From NCBI GenBank assembly GCA_032718475.1, contig JAUCBJ010001802.1, positions 67,433 to 131,432 on the forward strand: a stretch of DNA of 64,000 bases. The letters run 5' to 3'. The position numbers and the translations under genes were made by a program. The notes beneath the pieces are model-generated. The model searched no databases. It was not told the DNA's origin and worked only from the letters and a program-made list of their open reading frames with translations. Positions 38,101-50,645 of the stretch are shown here, piece by piece. This DNA is from Nemertoderma westbladi. Taxonomy: Eukaryota > Animalia > Xenacoelomorpha. Within the stretch, counting starts at the first letter, position 1. Every line of letters starts with the position of its first letter.

Positions 38101-39855
38101 GCCACGTAGATGGAGGTAGTTGAGTTAGTAAGAGGGTACGTAGTACCGGTTGTGGTTGTGGGCACCGCAAGCGCCACGTAGATGGAGGTAGTTGAGTTAG
38201 TAAGAGGGTACGTAGTACCGGTTGTGGTTGTGGGCACCGCAAGCGCCACGTAGATGGAGGTAGTCGAGTTAGTAAGAGGGTATGTAGTACCGGTTAGTAA
38301 GAGTTAGTGGAGTTAGAGGTTAGTAAGAGGGTACGTAGTACCGGTTAGTAAGAGTTAGTGGGGTTAGAGGTTAGTAAGAGGGTACGTAGTACCAGTTAGT
38401 AAGAGTTAGTAGTAGTTCACATAATTAACATACCCATTTTGCCGGCACTCAGAGCGTCACGTGCAGGCAAGGAAACGTAAGGGGATAAGATTCAAAGGTA
38501 GGTGTAGAGGAGACAGGATGTAGATAGAGTAGAGGGAGTAGATGTAGAGAGTTGGCAGAGTAGAAGTAGTAGTAGAGTGGTTGTGGGCACCGTAAGCGTC
38601 ACGTAGATGGAGGTAGTAGGTAGTAGCAGAGAGTGGTTGTGGGCACCGCAAGCGCCACGTAGATAGAGGTGGTAGCAGAGTTAGAGGTAGTAGTAGAGTT
38701 AGAGAGTTAGAGGAGTTAGTAGGGGTAGTAAGAGGGTACGTAGTACCGATAGTTAGATGAGTTAGTAAGAGTAGTAAGAGGGTACGTAGTACCGTTAGTT
38801 AGAAAGTTAGTAGAGTTAGCAGAGGTAGAGAGTCAGTAGAGTTGGCAGAAGTAGAAAGTTAGATAGTTGGAGAGTTAGTAGAGGTAGAGAGTTAGTAGAA
38901 GTTAGAGAGTCAGTAGAGAGCTAGGGAGTTAGTAGAGCTACACCTCCAAACTACAGAAGGGCCTTCGGAGGTCTGGTAGACCACCCGGGGCTGGAGGGCG
39001 AGTCGGTGTAATACAACAGCCGGCATCTAGTAGACAGGGAGGTGGATACACATATCAGAGGTGGGAGAAGTCGGAAGCGAATAGACTTGGGTGTTGGGGA
39101 AACAAAAGTCGTGTGAGAGGAAGTCACGATCGGCCCGACACGGGACGCCAGAAAAACGGGGTAGCGATATCATACCCATAGGGAGCGGCCTGGAAAGCCG
39201 GCTCCGAAGAAAATAGTTCCACCCCACACCCGATAGTAGATCGGGATCCAGCGGAATTGTAGCGCACTAGAGGTGGATGCTATCTTCTCACCGGGAAGAT
39301 AGCATGGGGGGAGTGTTAGCATATTCAATTCCGCTAACCAGGCCCACACAAAGTTGGTATTAGGCAATATTGGGAGTACAAGGTTGATTACCAATCAACC
39401 TTGTATCACCCCAATAAGCGGGGCGACAAACCCCAAAGGGCCTCAGACAATAGAGGTTAGAGGTCAAGGAGAGAGAGTAACAGCAGCGGGGGGGAAACAC
39501 TCACACAAAGTTCAGGGCGAGAATTAGGTTACTAGCCAATGGGGGGACAGCAGGGCATCAGCTGAGTAACACGGCCAACCTAGAGTATATTACCGGTTGA
39601 TGTTTAGTTTAGTTAGTCAGTTATCTCAGTACAGTCACGGCAGTACGGTGACAGTTTAAGACCGTCACCGCCGTCACGAATACATATTATTACTGTATTA
39701 CCGGTCAATCGTGCTATCTGCTATCATCTGTCACCTATATTATATATCTCAGTACAAGATTCAGGAACACAAACTATTACATTTTCCATCACACGGTGCG
39801 GCTGATGCGTACATAAACAACACCGGATAAACCGGGATCCTCGGATCCCGTCACA
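35200..39855 (+). mobile_element. Non-autonomous LTR retroelement C (probably Bel/Pao-derived, no pol)
   Basis: TG..CA LTRs 35200-35746 and 39314-39855; TSD AAGTT; PPT GGGGGGAG; broken gag-like ORFs 35804-37828; purine-rich 72-bp repeats from 38052. Confidence 0.9.
35747..35756 (+). promoter_or_regulatory. Non-tRNA primer-binding site of element C, complementary to its own LTR
   Basis: GTCTTAAACT is the exact reverse complement of AGTTTAAGAC at 35543-35552. Confidence 0.7.
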
Positions 39856-40567
39856 AAGTTAACTTATATTTATGGTGGCGTTTGGAGCCATGTTAATAAT
39901 ATAGCTACATGTTACATGTTAATAATATAGCTACTGGTTATTAATAGCTATACCCCTCTTACCGGGAGGTAATACAGTAGGCCGATCTAGCTGTCAGGCA
40001 AATCTCCACCTATTGTTTACGTGGAAACCAATGACGGCGTTAAGTAATGTCCACTAAGGGGATATTACTTAACGGATACCGCCAAATACTACAGTAAATG
40101 TACAGGCCAATAAAATGCTGTAATGTCCTCTAAATTGTAAAGTGCTAAATAACAACTCGCTGTTACTGTAATACTAACGGCGTTGAGTAAAGTTACAATT
40201 TTGGAATAAAATGTTGTTACTCTTAACCAAACCATTTTTAAGAAAATTCGTTTCCCTGGTTACTTGCATGATAACTGGATTGTGATAGGCTCACTGCATC
40301 AGAACTGTTGTTTAAGAGTAGAAAACTGTTTGCCCTATACACAGTGCACACTTTCCTTTTTTCCGTAAAGGTGCGATTCACCATACAACAAACTGTATGT
40401 AGGCGTATTAATTGTTATTGTACTATAGGCCTACTGCCTTCACTGCCACAGCTTGTAGTATCGATTCATACTTTAAAAGTCACAGAGATGTAAACCAATG
40501 GTATTTGGAAGATATTCTAAATAATTAGTGGCCCTGCTTTCGTGAAAAAATGAGATTTGTAATAACT

Positions 40568-41135
40568 ATTTACATACTTGTGTGTAAAGTAGCACTTTAC
40601 AGTGTGATGATCCGAGTGGCTTTGTTACACTAACGAACGTTAGTGAGTGAGTGGAAATATGTACTGTGTATAGTTTTATTCCAAACTTGTAACATTTCGA
40701 AATGATTGTATATATATTATAAGTGATAGAAACTGCACAAATTAAATTAGTTGCTGTATAAATAAATGTAAAAATGACATAAATTATGTTATAAATAGAG
40801 TAAGATAGCTTATATTTATGGTGGCGTTTGGAGCTACAGTATGTTAATTGTTTATAGCTTTTGGTTTCTTAATAGCTATACCACGCCTACCGGTATGTAA
40901 TGCAGTAGGCCTATTTGGCTGTCAGACAAATACCACATATTGTTTACGTGGTAACCAATGACGCCGTTAAGTACTGTCTCCACTAACGGGACATTACTTA
41001 ACTACTAACACCAAAAACAATACTAAATGTACAGGCCAATACAATGCTGTAATGTCCTCAAAAGTTGTAAAGTGCTAAATAACAACTCGCTGTTAATACT
41101 AACGGCGTTGAGTAATGATACAATTTTGGAATAAA
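40568..41135. repeat. Hairpin-headed dispersed repeat, copy 3
   Basis: Colinear with the rejoined copy 2, with a deletion in the hairpin 3' arm. Confidence 0.6.
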
Positions 41136-42106
41136 AATAAATATATTACTATTGTCATTAACGTGATCTAATCATTATAATTTAATATTTATATTTCAGC
41201 TAGATTGAATGGTATTATTTATGTAGGCCTACTGTATTAGTTGCACATTATTTAATTAAGTTTTATGTCATTGTATGTTGGGAATGTTTGATATCCTATT
41301 TATCTTGCAGATTTCTCACGAATTCTCCTTGCTAACTAAAGGGGAAACAAGAATGGTCTAATTTAACCACCCACCTCTCAAACCTGTTAAAGATCTTCAA
41401 GGTATCTACCCTGAAATCGAGAAGAAGTAATGAGGAGGCTTTATTGATGTGGAGTGAATAGTTGAATACCCTCAACAGTCAACTTACTCAAGTCTTGGTT
41501 GGGTGTCGGAGTTTTTCGATTCGACAGTTATGTCTTACTGTCCGGTAAGTTCAGTTGGTTTAACCCTGAAAAATTAGCTTAACCCTAAATTTTGACATCC
41601 GCCGAAATTTCACCTAATTTGAAAACTCCAAAAAATCCCTTGCAACTCAGAAATATAGAGATGATACAATAGGCCTACATATTTTATGCTATGGAATTTT
41701 CAAACAACGTCTTATAAATAGTGACAAAAGTAGAGTTCAAAAGTTGTGCTGTAATATCGAAATATGCACCATATTCTACACCTAGATCTCAACATTTACT
41801 TTCTAATGAGAATGAGACTACTGTACTAGGCCAACACCATGTGGCATAGATTTGGAGGTATGATTTACATCTACTGTAGGCCTATCCTGTTTTAAATTTT
41901 ATTTAAATTTTTGTATTTATTATCATACAGTATTACACATTATTTACTACAGTATTTACACTTATATATATTTTTGAGCACTATTTCACAAAATCACAAA
42001 AATAGTTAAGTAGCTATAGAGATAGATCCTGTGATAATAGTAGGCCTACACAATAATAATAAACAGTAGGCCCTACAATATAAGCATTTTTTATGGCAAT
42101 AAATTC

Positions 42107-42746
42107 GGTACGTACTAAAAGGTAGAACGATCTATAACGAGCTAAAACGATCTATAACGATCTATAACGGGCTATAACTTTCTATAAGCAAGCTATACCC
42201 ACCTATAACGAGCTATAATATGAAACTTTACATTAAAAAAAACGCCCCTTGGGTGTGTTTAAGTTTTGGATTAACACTGTGGTCTGAAAAATACCGCAGG
42301 TTAAAAATTAGGGTAGGCCTATCTGCCTATGCCTAATTGATACTGGTAAGTTTTTTTTATTGGCCTATATTGCTCACTATTTTCCTGTATTCTATATGGA
42401 CCAGAAGCTAACAGCTGATAGCAGGATGGAGGATAGACAGAGATATGGGAAACCTCTCCACTGCTGCACTGTCTGATAGTCAGATAATGCAGTAGTGGCA
42501 TGCTGACTAATGCAGTAATGACTGATTTCGTGATACCACAAAGATGAAAAGCATTATGGACTAAAAAACCAAATTGCGTAATTAAATTACTCACTATGAA
42601 AATAATTCCATTCTAAAATATGTTTTTTTAATGTAAATTTTCAGATTATAGCTCGTTATAGGTGGTTATAGCCTGTTACAGGAAGTTATAGCCCGTTATA
42701 GATCGTTATAGCCCGTTATAGATCGTTCTACCTTTTAGTACGTACC
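42107..42746. mobile_element. Mutator-like MITE
   Basis: TIR GGTACGTACTAAAAGGTAGAACGATCTATAACG; 9-bp TSD AATAAATTC. Confidence 0.88.
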
Positions 42747-43572
42747 AATAAATTCATAAATATATGTAGGCCGCGCACTTGCATCGGTACCATTATTTGA
42801 TATCCGGACGGATTGGATAATTTTCCGTAATATTATATGCTTACATTTGTTTTATTAATAGGCGTAGGTCAGTGGTACACAAGAGGGCCAGGACGTATGT
42901 ATCCGAACTTGACACAATCGGATTCAATGTTATCCATCAACAACAAATTACAGATATGGAGGAAGTTGTCGTTATTGTTGAAGGAAAACAAATCTGTGCC
43001 TAATGTACACGGATGTAGCTGACGTCCTTCTATTTACGATTGGTTTCATCAATATATTGAATGTCGCCTCTTTCGTAGTTAGTGTCCGATACAGACATGC
43101 GAAAGCAAGACGTTTGCCGAGCAAACTGTAGGCCTACACAGTGCATTCAGACTTACTGGATTTAGGAGTATGTCTACATTATTGTTATTACTGTACATTA
43201 TTAAAGTTGTATCAATTAGTTAGTTTGTTTAATTGAATAGTGTTAGTGATAAAATATGTATATGCAGTGATAGTGTTTGTTTAGTATAGTTAGTTTAATT
43301 GAATAGTGTTAGTGATAGTAGATAATAGATGTACAGTATATGCAGTGATAGTGTTTGTTTAGTGTTTGTTTACTTGGAATATGATTTTTTAACCAATGTT
43401 CTTGTTTTAATCTTATATTCTAATTTAAATAAAATAATTTTAAAGAATTCAGTTAAACTTGTATAATTATTGTGCATTCTTTATGTTATAATCTGCAATA
43501 AATCTTGAAATTGAATACAGTTTTTTATGTGATTAAAGTCAGAAATAAAAATATAGTAATAATAGAAAGTTA

Positions 43573-45422
43573 GGGCGTGTGAATAACACAAGAAATGGGC
43601 GACGATTCCCCGTACTTAGTTCCAAAGCCTCATGCGAATTTAGTTCCAATGGAAACGAATTTAGTTCCAATTTTTAGCGAATTTAGTTGGTTCCAATTTA
43701 GGCGAACTTATTTCCAATAACTAGAGAAAAACGAAAACGAATTTAGTTCCAATGGAAGCGAATTTAGTTCCAATGGATGCGAACTTAGTTCCAATGGATG
43801 CGAATTTAGTTCCAATGGAAGCGAATTTAGTTCCAATGGAGGCGAACTTAGTTCCAATGCAAGCGGATTTAGTTCCAATGGAGGCGAACTTAGTTCCAAT
43901 GCAAGCGAATTTAGTTCCAATGGAAGCGAACTTAGTTCCAATGCAAGCGAATTTAGTTCCAATGGAACCGAATTTAATTCCAATGTTTCAGTTGCGGGAC
44001 GAGCGACGTAGTTGGCGAATAATCTGTTTAATGACACTATTAGGTGGATGGATAAATAATAATTGTAAATAACTAACCCAAAACGCCTAACCTCCTAACC
44101 AAAACAATCTTATCCCAAACAACGCCCAACCTCTTAACCCAAACAATTCAATTAAATTCAATTATATTTAATCATCTAAAATGATATTCATAATAAAAAA
44201 AACAACGCCCAAGCTCTTAACCCAAACTACGCCCAACCTCCTACTGTAACCCAAACAATATATTTCAAAATGTGTAATTATAATTTTAATTCATTAATAA
44301 TAATTAGTTTTTAAAAAATTACAGTAGGATTTTACAATTATTGTTGACCCTGACCCTCCCCAAATAGTGGCAATACGCAAAGGATTCACCTACTACGTGG
44401 TTAGCCCCACGATTGAAACACTGGAACTAAATTCGCTTGCATTGGAACTAAGTTCGTATCCATTGGAACTAAATTCGCTTCCATTGGAACTAAATTCGCT
44501 TGCATTGGAACTAAGTTCGCATCCATTGGAACTAAATTCGCACCCATTGGAACTAAATTCGCTTCCATTGGAACTAAATTCGCTTCCGTTGGAACTAAAT
44601 TCGCTTGAATTGGAACTAAGTTCGCACCCATTGGAACTAAGTTCGCATCCATTGGAACTAAATTCGCATCCATTGGAACTAAGTTCGTATTCATTGGAAC
44701 TAAATTCGCTTTCATTGGAACTAAATTCGCTTCCATTGGAACTAAATTCGCATCCATTTGAACTTAATTCGCTTCCATTGGAACTAAATTCGCTTGAATT
44801 GGAACTAAGTTCGCATCCATTGGAACTAAATTCGCATCCATTGGAACTAAATTCGCTTCCATTGGAACTAAATTCGCTTGAATTGGAACTAAGTTCGCAT
44901 CCATTGGAACTAAATTCGCATCCATTTGAACTTAATTCGCATCCATTGGAACTAAGTTCGCATCCATTGGAACTAAATTCGCTTCCATTGGAACTAACTA
45001 AATTCGCTTGAATTGGAACAAAATTCGCATCCATTGGAACTAAATTAGCTTGCATTGGAACTAAGTTCGTATCCATTGGAACTAAATTCGCATCCATTGG
45101 AACTAAATTCGTTTTCGTTTTTCTTTAGTTATTGGAACTAAGTTCGCCTAAATTGGAACTAAATTCGCTAAAATTGGAACTAAATTCGTTTCCATTGGAA
45201 CTAAATTCGCATCCATTGGAACTAAATTCGCATGCATTGGAACTAAATTCGTTTTCGTTTTTCTCTAGTTATTGGAACTAAATTCGCCAAATTGGAACTA
45301 AATTCGCCAAATTTGGAACTAAATTCGTTTCCATTGGAACTAAATTCGCATGAGGCTTAAATTGGAACTAATTACGGGGAATCGTACGGGGAATCGTCGC
45401 CGATCTATTGTGCCACACGCCC
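43573..45422. mobile_element. Foldback-type element with long TIRs built from a 21-bp tandem repeat
   Basis: GGCGACGATTCCCCGTA.. / ..TACGGGGAATCGTCGCC termini; arrays of GCGAATTTAGTTCCAATGGAA inverted between arms; no TSD found. Confidence 0.8.
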
Positions 45423-45528
45423 GCACAAAATAATTCAGGTGTAAACTCGTTTAATATAATGTGAAACGAACCTTTATATCAGGTTATTTGGTTTCACCAC
45501 GAAATATTTATGGCGAAACATTCGTTTC

Positions 45529-48000
45529 TACGGAGCCCCTAAAGGGACATGAGAAAAAAAAATTTTTCGCTAACTCGTGCGAACGACTTAGTATGTCGTG
45601 CGCACGACTTAGTATGTCGTTCGCACGACGTTAGTAAGTCGTTCGCACGACTTAGTATGTCGTTCGCACGACTTACGTAAGTCGTTCGCACGACTTAGTA
45701 TGTCGTTCGCACGACTTAGTAAGTCGTTCGCACGACTTAGTTTGTCGTTCGCACGACTTAGTATGTCGTTCGCACGAGTTAGTTAAGTCGTTCGCACGAC
45801 TTATTATGTCGTTCGCACGACTTAGTAAGTCGTTCGCACGACTTAGTTTGTCGTTCGCACGACTTAGTATCGTCGTTCGCACGAGTTAGTTAAGTCGTTC
45901 GCACGACTTATTATGTCGTTCGCACGACTTAGTAAGTCGTTCGCACGACTTAGTTTGTCGTTCGCACGACTTAGTATGTCGTTCGCACGAGTTAGTTAAG
46001 TCGTTCGCACGACTTATTATGTCGTTCGCACGACTTAGTTTGTCGTTCGCACAACTTAGTATGTCGTTCGCACGAGTTAGTTAAGTCGTTCGCACGACTT
46101 ATTATGTCGTTCGCACGACTTAGTAAGTCGTTCGCACGACTTAGTTTGTCGTTCGCACGACTTAGTATGTCGTTCGCACGAGTTAGTTAAGTCGTTCGCA
46201 CGACTTATTATGTCGTTCGCACGACTTAGTAAGTCGTTCGCACGACTTAGTAAGTCGTTCGCACGAGTTAGTTAAGTCGTTCGCACGACTTATTATGTCG
46301 TTCGCACGACTTAGTAAGTCGTTCGCACGACTTAGTGTGTCGTTCGCACGACTTAGTAAGTCGTTCGCACGACTTATTATGTCGTTCGCAGGAGTTAGTT
46401 AAGTCGTTCGCACGACTTAGTATGTCGCTCGCACGAGTTAGTTAAGTCGTTCGCACGACTTAGTATGTCGTTCGCACGAGTTAGTTAAGTCGTTCGCACG
46501 ACTTAGTATGTCGTTCGCACGAGGTAGTTAAGTCGTTCGCACGACGAGTTAGTACAGTAGTACAGTATGTCGTTTGCACGACTTAGTATGTCGTTCGCAC
46601 GAGGTAGTTAAGTCGTTCGCACGACGAGTTAGTACAGTAGTATGTCGTTCGCACGACTTAGTTAAGTCGTTCGCACGACTTAGTATGTCGTTGGCACGAG
46701 GTAGTTAAGTCGTTCGCACGACTTATTATGTCGTTCGCACGACTTAGTAAGTCGTTCGCACGACTTAGTAAGTCGTTCGCACGAGTTAGTTAAGTCGTTC
46801 GCACGACTTATTATGTCGTTCGCACGACTTAGTAAGTCGTTCGCACGACTTAGTGTGTCGTTCGCACGACTTAGTTAAGTCGTTCGCACGACTTATTATG
46901 TCGTTCGCACGACTTAGTAAGTCGTTCGCACGAGTTAGTTAAGTCGTTCTCACGACTTATTATGTCGTTCGCACGACTTAGTAAGTCGTTCGCACGACTT
47001 AGTGTGTCGTTCGCACGACTTAGTAAGTCGTTCGCACGACTTAGTATGTCGTTCGCAAGAGTTAGTTAAGTCGTTCGCACGACTTAGTATGTCGTTCGCA
47101 CGAGTTAGTTAAGTCGTTCGCACGACTTAGTATGTCGTTCGCACTAGTTAGTTAAGTCGTTCGCACGACTTATTATGTCGTTCGCACGACTTAGTAAGTC
47201 GTTCGCACGACTTAGTGTGTCGTTCGCACGACTTAGTAAGTCGTTCGCACGACTTAGTATGTCGTTCGCAGGAGTTAGTTAAGTCGTTCGCACGACTTAG
47301 TATGTCGTTCGCACGAGTTAGTTAAGTCGTTCGCACGACTTAGTATGTCGTTCGCACGAGTTAGTTAAGTCGTTCGCACGACTTAGTATGTCGTTCGCAC
47401 GAGGTAGTTAAGTCGTTCGCACGACGAGTTAGTACAGTAGTATGTCGTTTGCACGACTTAGTAAGTCGTTCGCACGACTTAGTGTGTCGTTCGCACGACT
47501 TAGTAAGTCGTTCGCACGACTTAGTATGTCGTTCGCAGGAGTTAGTTAAGTCGTTCGCACGACTTAGTATGTCGTTCGCACGAGTTAGTTAAGTCGTTCG
47601 CACGACTTAGTATGTCGTTCGCACGAGTTAGTTAAGTCGTTCGCACGACTTAGTATGTCGTTCGCACGAGGTAGTTAAGTCGTTCGCACGACGAGTTAGT
47701 ACAGTAGTATGTCGTTCGCACGACTTAGTTAAGTCGTTCGCACGACTTAGTATGTCGTTCGCACGAGGTAGTTAAGTCGTTCGCACGACGAGTTAGTACA
47801 GTAGTATGTCGTTCGCACGACTTAGTATGTCGTTCGCACGAGTTAGTTAAGTCGTTCGCACACTTAGTATGTCGTTCGCACGAGTTAGTTAAGTCGTTTG
47901 CACGACTTAGTATGTCGTTCGCACGAGTTAGTTAAGTCGTTTGCACGACTTAGCATGTCGTTCGCACGAGTTAGTTAAGTCGTTCGCACGAGTTAGTTAC
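45529..48000. repeat. 21-22-bp minisatellite (GTCGTTCGCACGACTTAGTAT), probably the interior of a non-autonomous DNA transposon
   Basis: ~2.4-kb array preceded by the terminus-like CTACGGAGCCCCTAAAGGGACATG; opposite terminus not found. Confidence 0.9.
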
Positions 48001-48481
48001 GTCGTTATTATCGCCGTTACGTTTGATTACGTCGTTATATATATACATTTTAATTTATATAATTGAAAACGGCTGAAACAAAACTGGAAATTAATATATG
48101 GCAGGATAGTGCAATAATTAAGTCAAAACATGTGGGTAATTAAAATGAACCAGACATAAAATAAGGGTGCGAATTTTCATTCGTTGTAATTGTAAAGAGT
48201 AAAAATTGCCTTTTGATCCCAGAACACGTTTATTGGCAATAAAACAAAAAATAACCAAAAGATAACAAAACATTGTTTCGCGGGTGTGTGTAGTGTAGCG
48301 TAGCCTACATGTATTTTGAACATTGTTGTGTGTATTGTCAAATAATTTACAATAGTTTTTGAGTTATTCAAAAAATCAAGTCTCCCCTAAAGTAAAGTCT
48401 CCCTCACTCACTCTACGATCTACAGGTACCTAATTCCTAGGTTTTATTACAATTTATTGCTTCGAATTTAAATTCACTAAC

Positions 48482-48645
48482 ATCCCAATCAAATGTGTCT
48501 AGCAGGAACAAAAATAAAGCTGGCAACACAATACTGCCCAATCCCGAACCGGCCGTCACAATTCCATTAGCAGTAGCCATTTTTCTCTTGAACCAAGTTG
48601 TAAAGACAACAGTAGATGGTAGAAAGATCATTCCAAAACCGATAC
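48482..48645 (-). CDS. SLC16/MCT-like transporter, exon 3
   Basis: AATAG|GT acceptor, GAT|GTTAGT donor, 164 bp, phase 1-0; GIGFGMIFLPS..WFKRKMATANGIVTAGSGLG is the MCT signature. Confidence 0.93.
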
Positions 48646-48755
48646 CTATTAATACATAAACAATATAAACCTTCTGTAAGCCTGTTTTATATAAGTTGAA
48701 AAGTTGATTATTATCTGTAATTCTACTGACTGATTTCTGATTGCTCTGCCGACAA

Positions 48756-48935
48756 GGCGGGGTAGCTCAGTTGGTTGAGCGCCGGGCCCGCAATCTAATG
48801 GTTGTACTGTAGGTTCGAACCCCGTCAGGGTCCACTCAGCCGTTCATACATACCATGGGGTCCATAAAATGAGTACCAGTGGAATTACTGGGAGCAAAAC
48901 TTTGTATAGGAGTAGCCCCCCCCCCCCACCCCTGC
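48756..48935 (+). mobile_element. tRNA-derived SINE with a Nin/Deu-type core
   Basis: A box GTAGCTCAGTTGG, B box GGTTCGAACCC, then GGTCCACTCAGCC..TCAT..GGGGTCCATAAAATGAGTACCAG. Confidence 0.8.
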
Positions 48936-48989
48936 CTCCGGGTAAAATCCATCGAAAGGAAAGAGGAGCCTCCGGGTCGCCTCCTGCTT

Positions 48990-49225
48990 CGGCCGACGTG
49001 ACGGTCCGAAGGGATTCAGCTACGATTCCGGATGCACTCTTTCCATATTTCAGATTTTGGAATGCTTCGACCACTTCATTTGGATTTATTGGCTCGTCCA
49101 TTACAGGGATATACGGTACATTTCAAGTGAAGATATCACTCACACGTTGAGTTTCGCGAGTGTTTAATAACTCTTTAAAGTGCTTTTTTCGACTGTCTGT
49201 GGTTTCAGGTTGATCCATTCCAGTT
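48990..49225 (-). mobile_element. Short LINE ORF2 fragment (region just N-terminal of RT)
   Basis: HFKELLN..DEPINPNEVVEAFQNLKYGKSASGIVAE. Confidence 0.6.
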
Positions 49226-49329
49226 AATTATTACTCTCCATACATATATATTTTCGGATCGTCGATTAGCTGACAATGTTGTATATAGTTTCAATCTATT
49301 TATTCATTTTAACAACACTCCCTGATGAT

Positions 49330-49880
49330 TACAGTATAATAATTATAGGTCGATTTAAATGTGATCAGCTGACAGTGAATTATTTCGACGTATAATAATT
49401 ATTTGTCGTATTAAATGTGATCGATCAGCTGACAGTGAATTATTTCGACGTATAATTTATTATTGGTCTTATTAAATGTGATCAGCTGACAGTGAATTAT
49501 TTCGACGTATAATTTATTATTGGTCTTATTAAATGTGATCAGCTGACAGTGAATTATTTCGACGTATAATTTATTATTGGTCTTATTAAATGTGATCAGC
49601 TGACAGTGAATTATTTCGACGTATAATTTATTATTGGTCTTATTAAATGTGATCAGCTGACAGTGAATTATTTCGACGTATAATAATTATAGGTCGATTT
49701 AAATGTGATCAGCTGACAGTGAATTATTTCGACGTATAATAATTATAGGTCGATTTAAATGTGATCAGCTGACAGCGAATTATTTCGACGATAATAAATT
49801 ATACGTCGAAATAATTCACTGTCAGCTGATCACATTTAATACCAAATATATTTATAGGTCGAAATAATTCACTGTCTCAT
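49330..49880. repeat. 57-bp tandem repeat with terminal inverted copies
   Basis: AAATGTGATCAGCTGACAGTGAATTATTTCGACGTATAAT.. ~8 copies, reverse complement from ~49797. Confidence 0.9.
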
Positions 49881-50645
49881 TTAAAACTACCTAATTATCG
49901 GTTGAAATAATTAAATCAAGCAAAATAATTCAACAGACATGTTTTAAATCAACCTATAATATTAAGCAAAATAATGCAGTTTTGAAACATTATTTAAATC
50001 GATCAATAATATCAATCGAAATAATTAAGTTGAAAAACATTATTTAAAACGACCAATAATATCAATCGTATTAAATTATTGAATATTGATACGAAATGTA
50101 TGCCATGAGTGAGTGGGTGAGTGCCCAGGTCGCTAATACAGTACATTGAATATTATAATTGTCATTACTTTCATCGAAGAGGTTTCTAAAGTTCCTGAAA
50201 TTTTTCATATTCTTCTGTTTGGTAACACGAGTAGGACTATTCTGCCCCTTCCATAAATTCTATAGTTTTTCAAGGATCGTAATTATCTGGGTAGGAATAG
50301 TCGTAGTCGGAATATTACCAGTTGAATTCTGCAGCAGCGATGAACCTGTTCAAATTCAGAATTTTTCTAACCAAAACAATAAACGAGGGTACTACTTCGC
50401 CATGTCGACACCCCCTGCCATTTTATATACCTTTCACTATTTGTGTTTTTTAATGATTTTTTGATCTTGGTGAATGTTCTAGAACATTACTAGATATATT
50501 TTTTATGGTAGCTAGTGTTTTTTTACTAGCTAGTATTTTTTTGAAATTATAAAAAAAAATGTGAAAACATTGATATTTCAGAATTGTGGCTAAACTATTG
50601 CAGATATTAATGATCAAATATATTGATGATATTATAACAGTTTAA

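Larger units (their letters stand above)
34923..40211. mobile_element. Hairpin-headed repeat, copy 2, split by LTR element C
   Basis: 34923-35199 joined to 39856-40211 is colinear with the uninterrupted copy 40568-41135; internal TTTTATTCCAAAATT inverted to terminal AATTTTGGAATAAAA. Confidence 0.65.

Noticed and set aside
42860-43130. Possible decayed transposon ORF fragment (VVVIVEGKQIC..DVADVLLF)
   Set aside because: Too short and frameshifted to assign without a search
43708-45097. LELNS / MEANLVP repeat ORFs resembling LRR or pentapeptide proteins
   Set aside because: 21-bp tandem repeats forming the inverted arms of a foldback element
45570-48000. CRISPR-like array of palindromic repeats
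   Set aside because: Linkers are only 7-8 nt and repetitive; no cas genes; eukaryotic context
48756-48835. tRNA gene
   Set aside because: No proper acceptor stem, carries a 5-bp insertion, and continues into a SINE core
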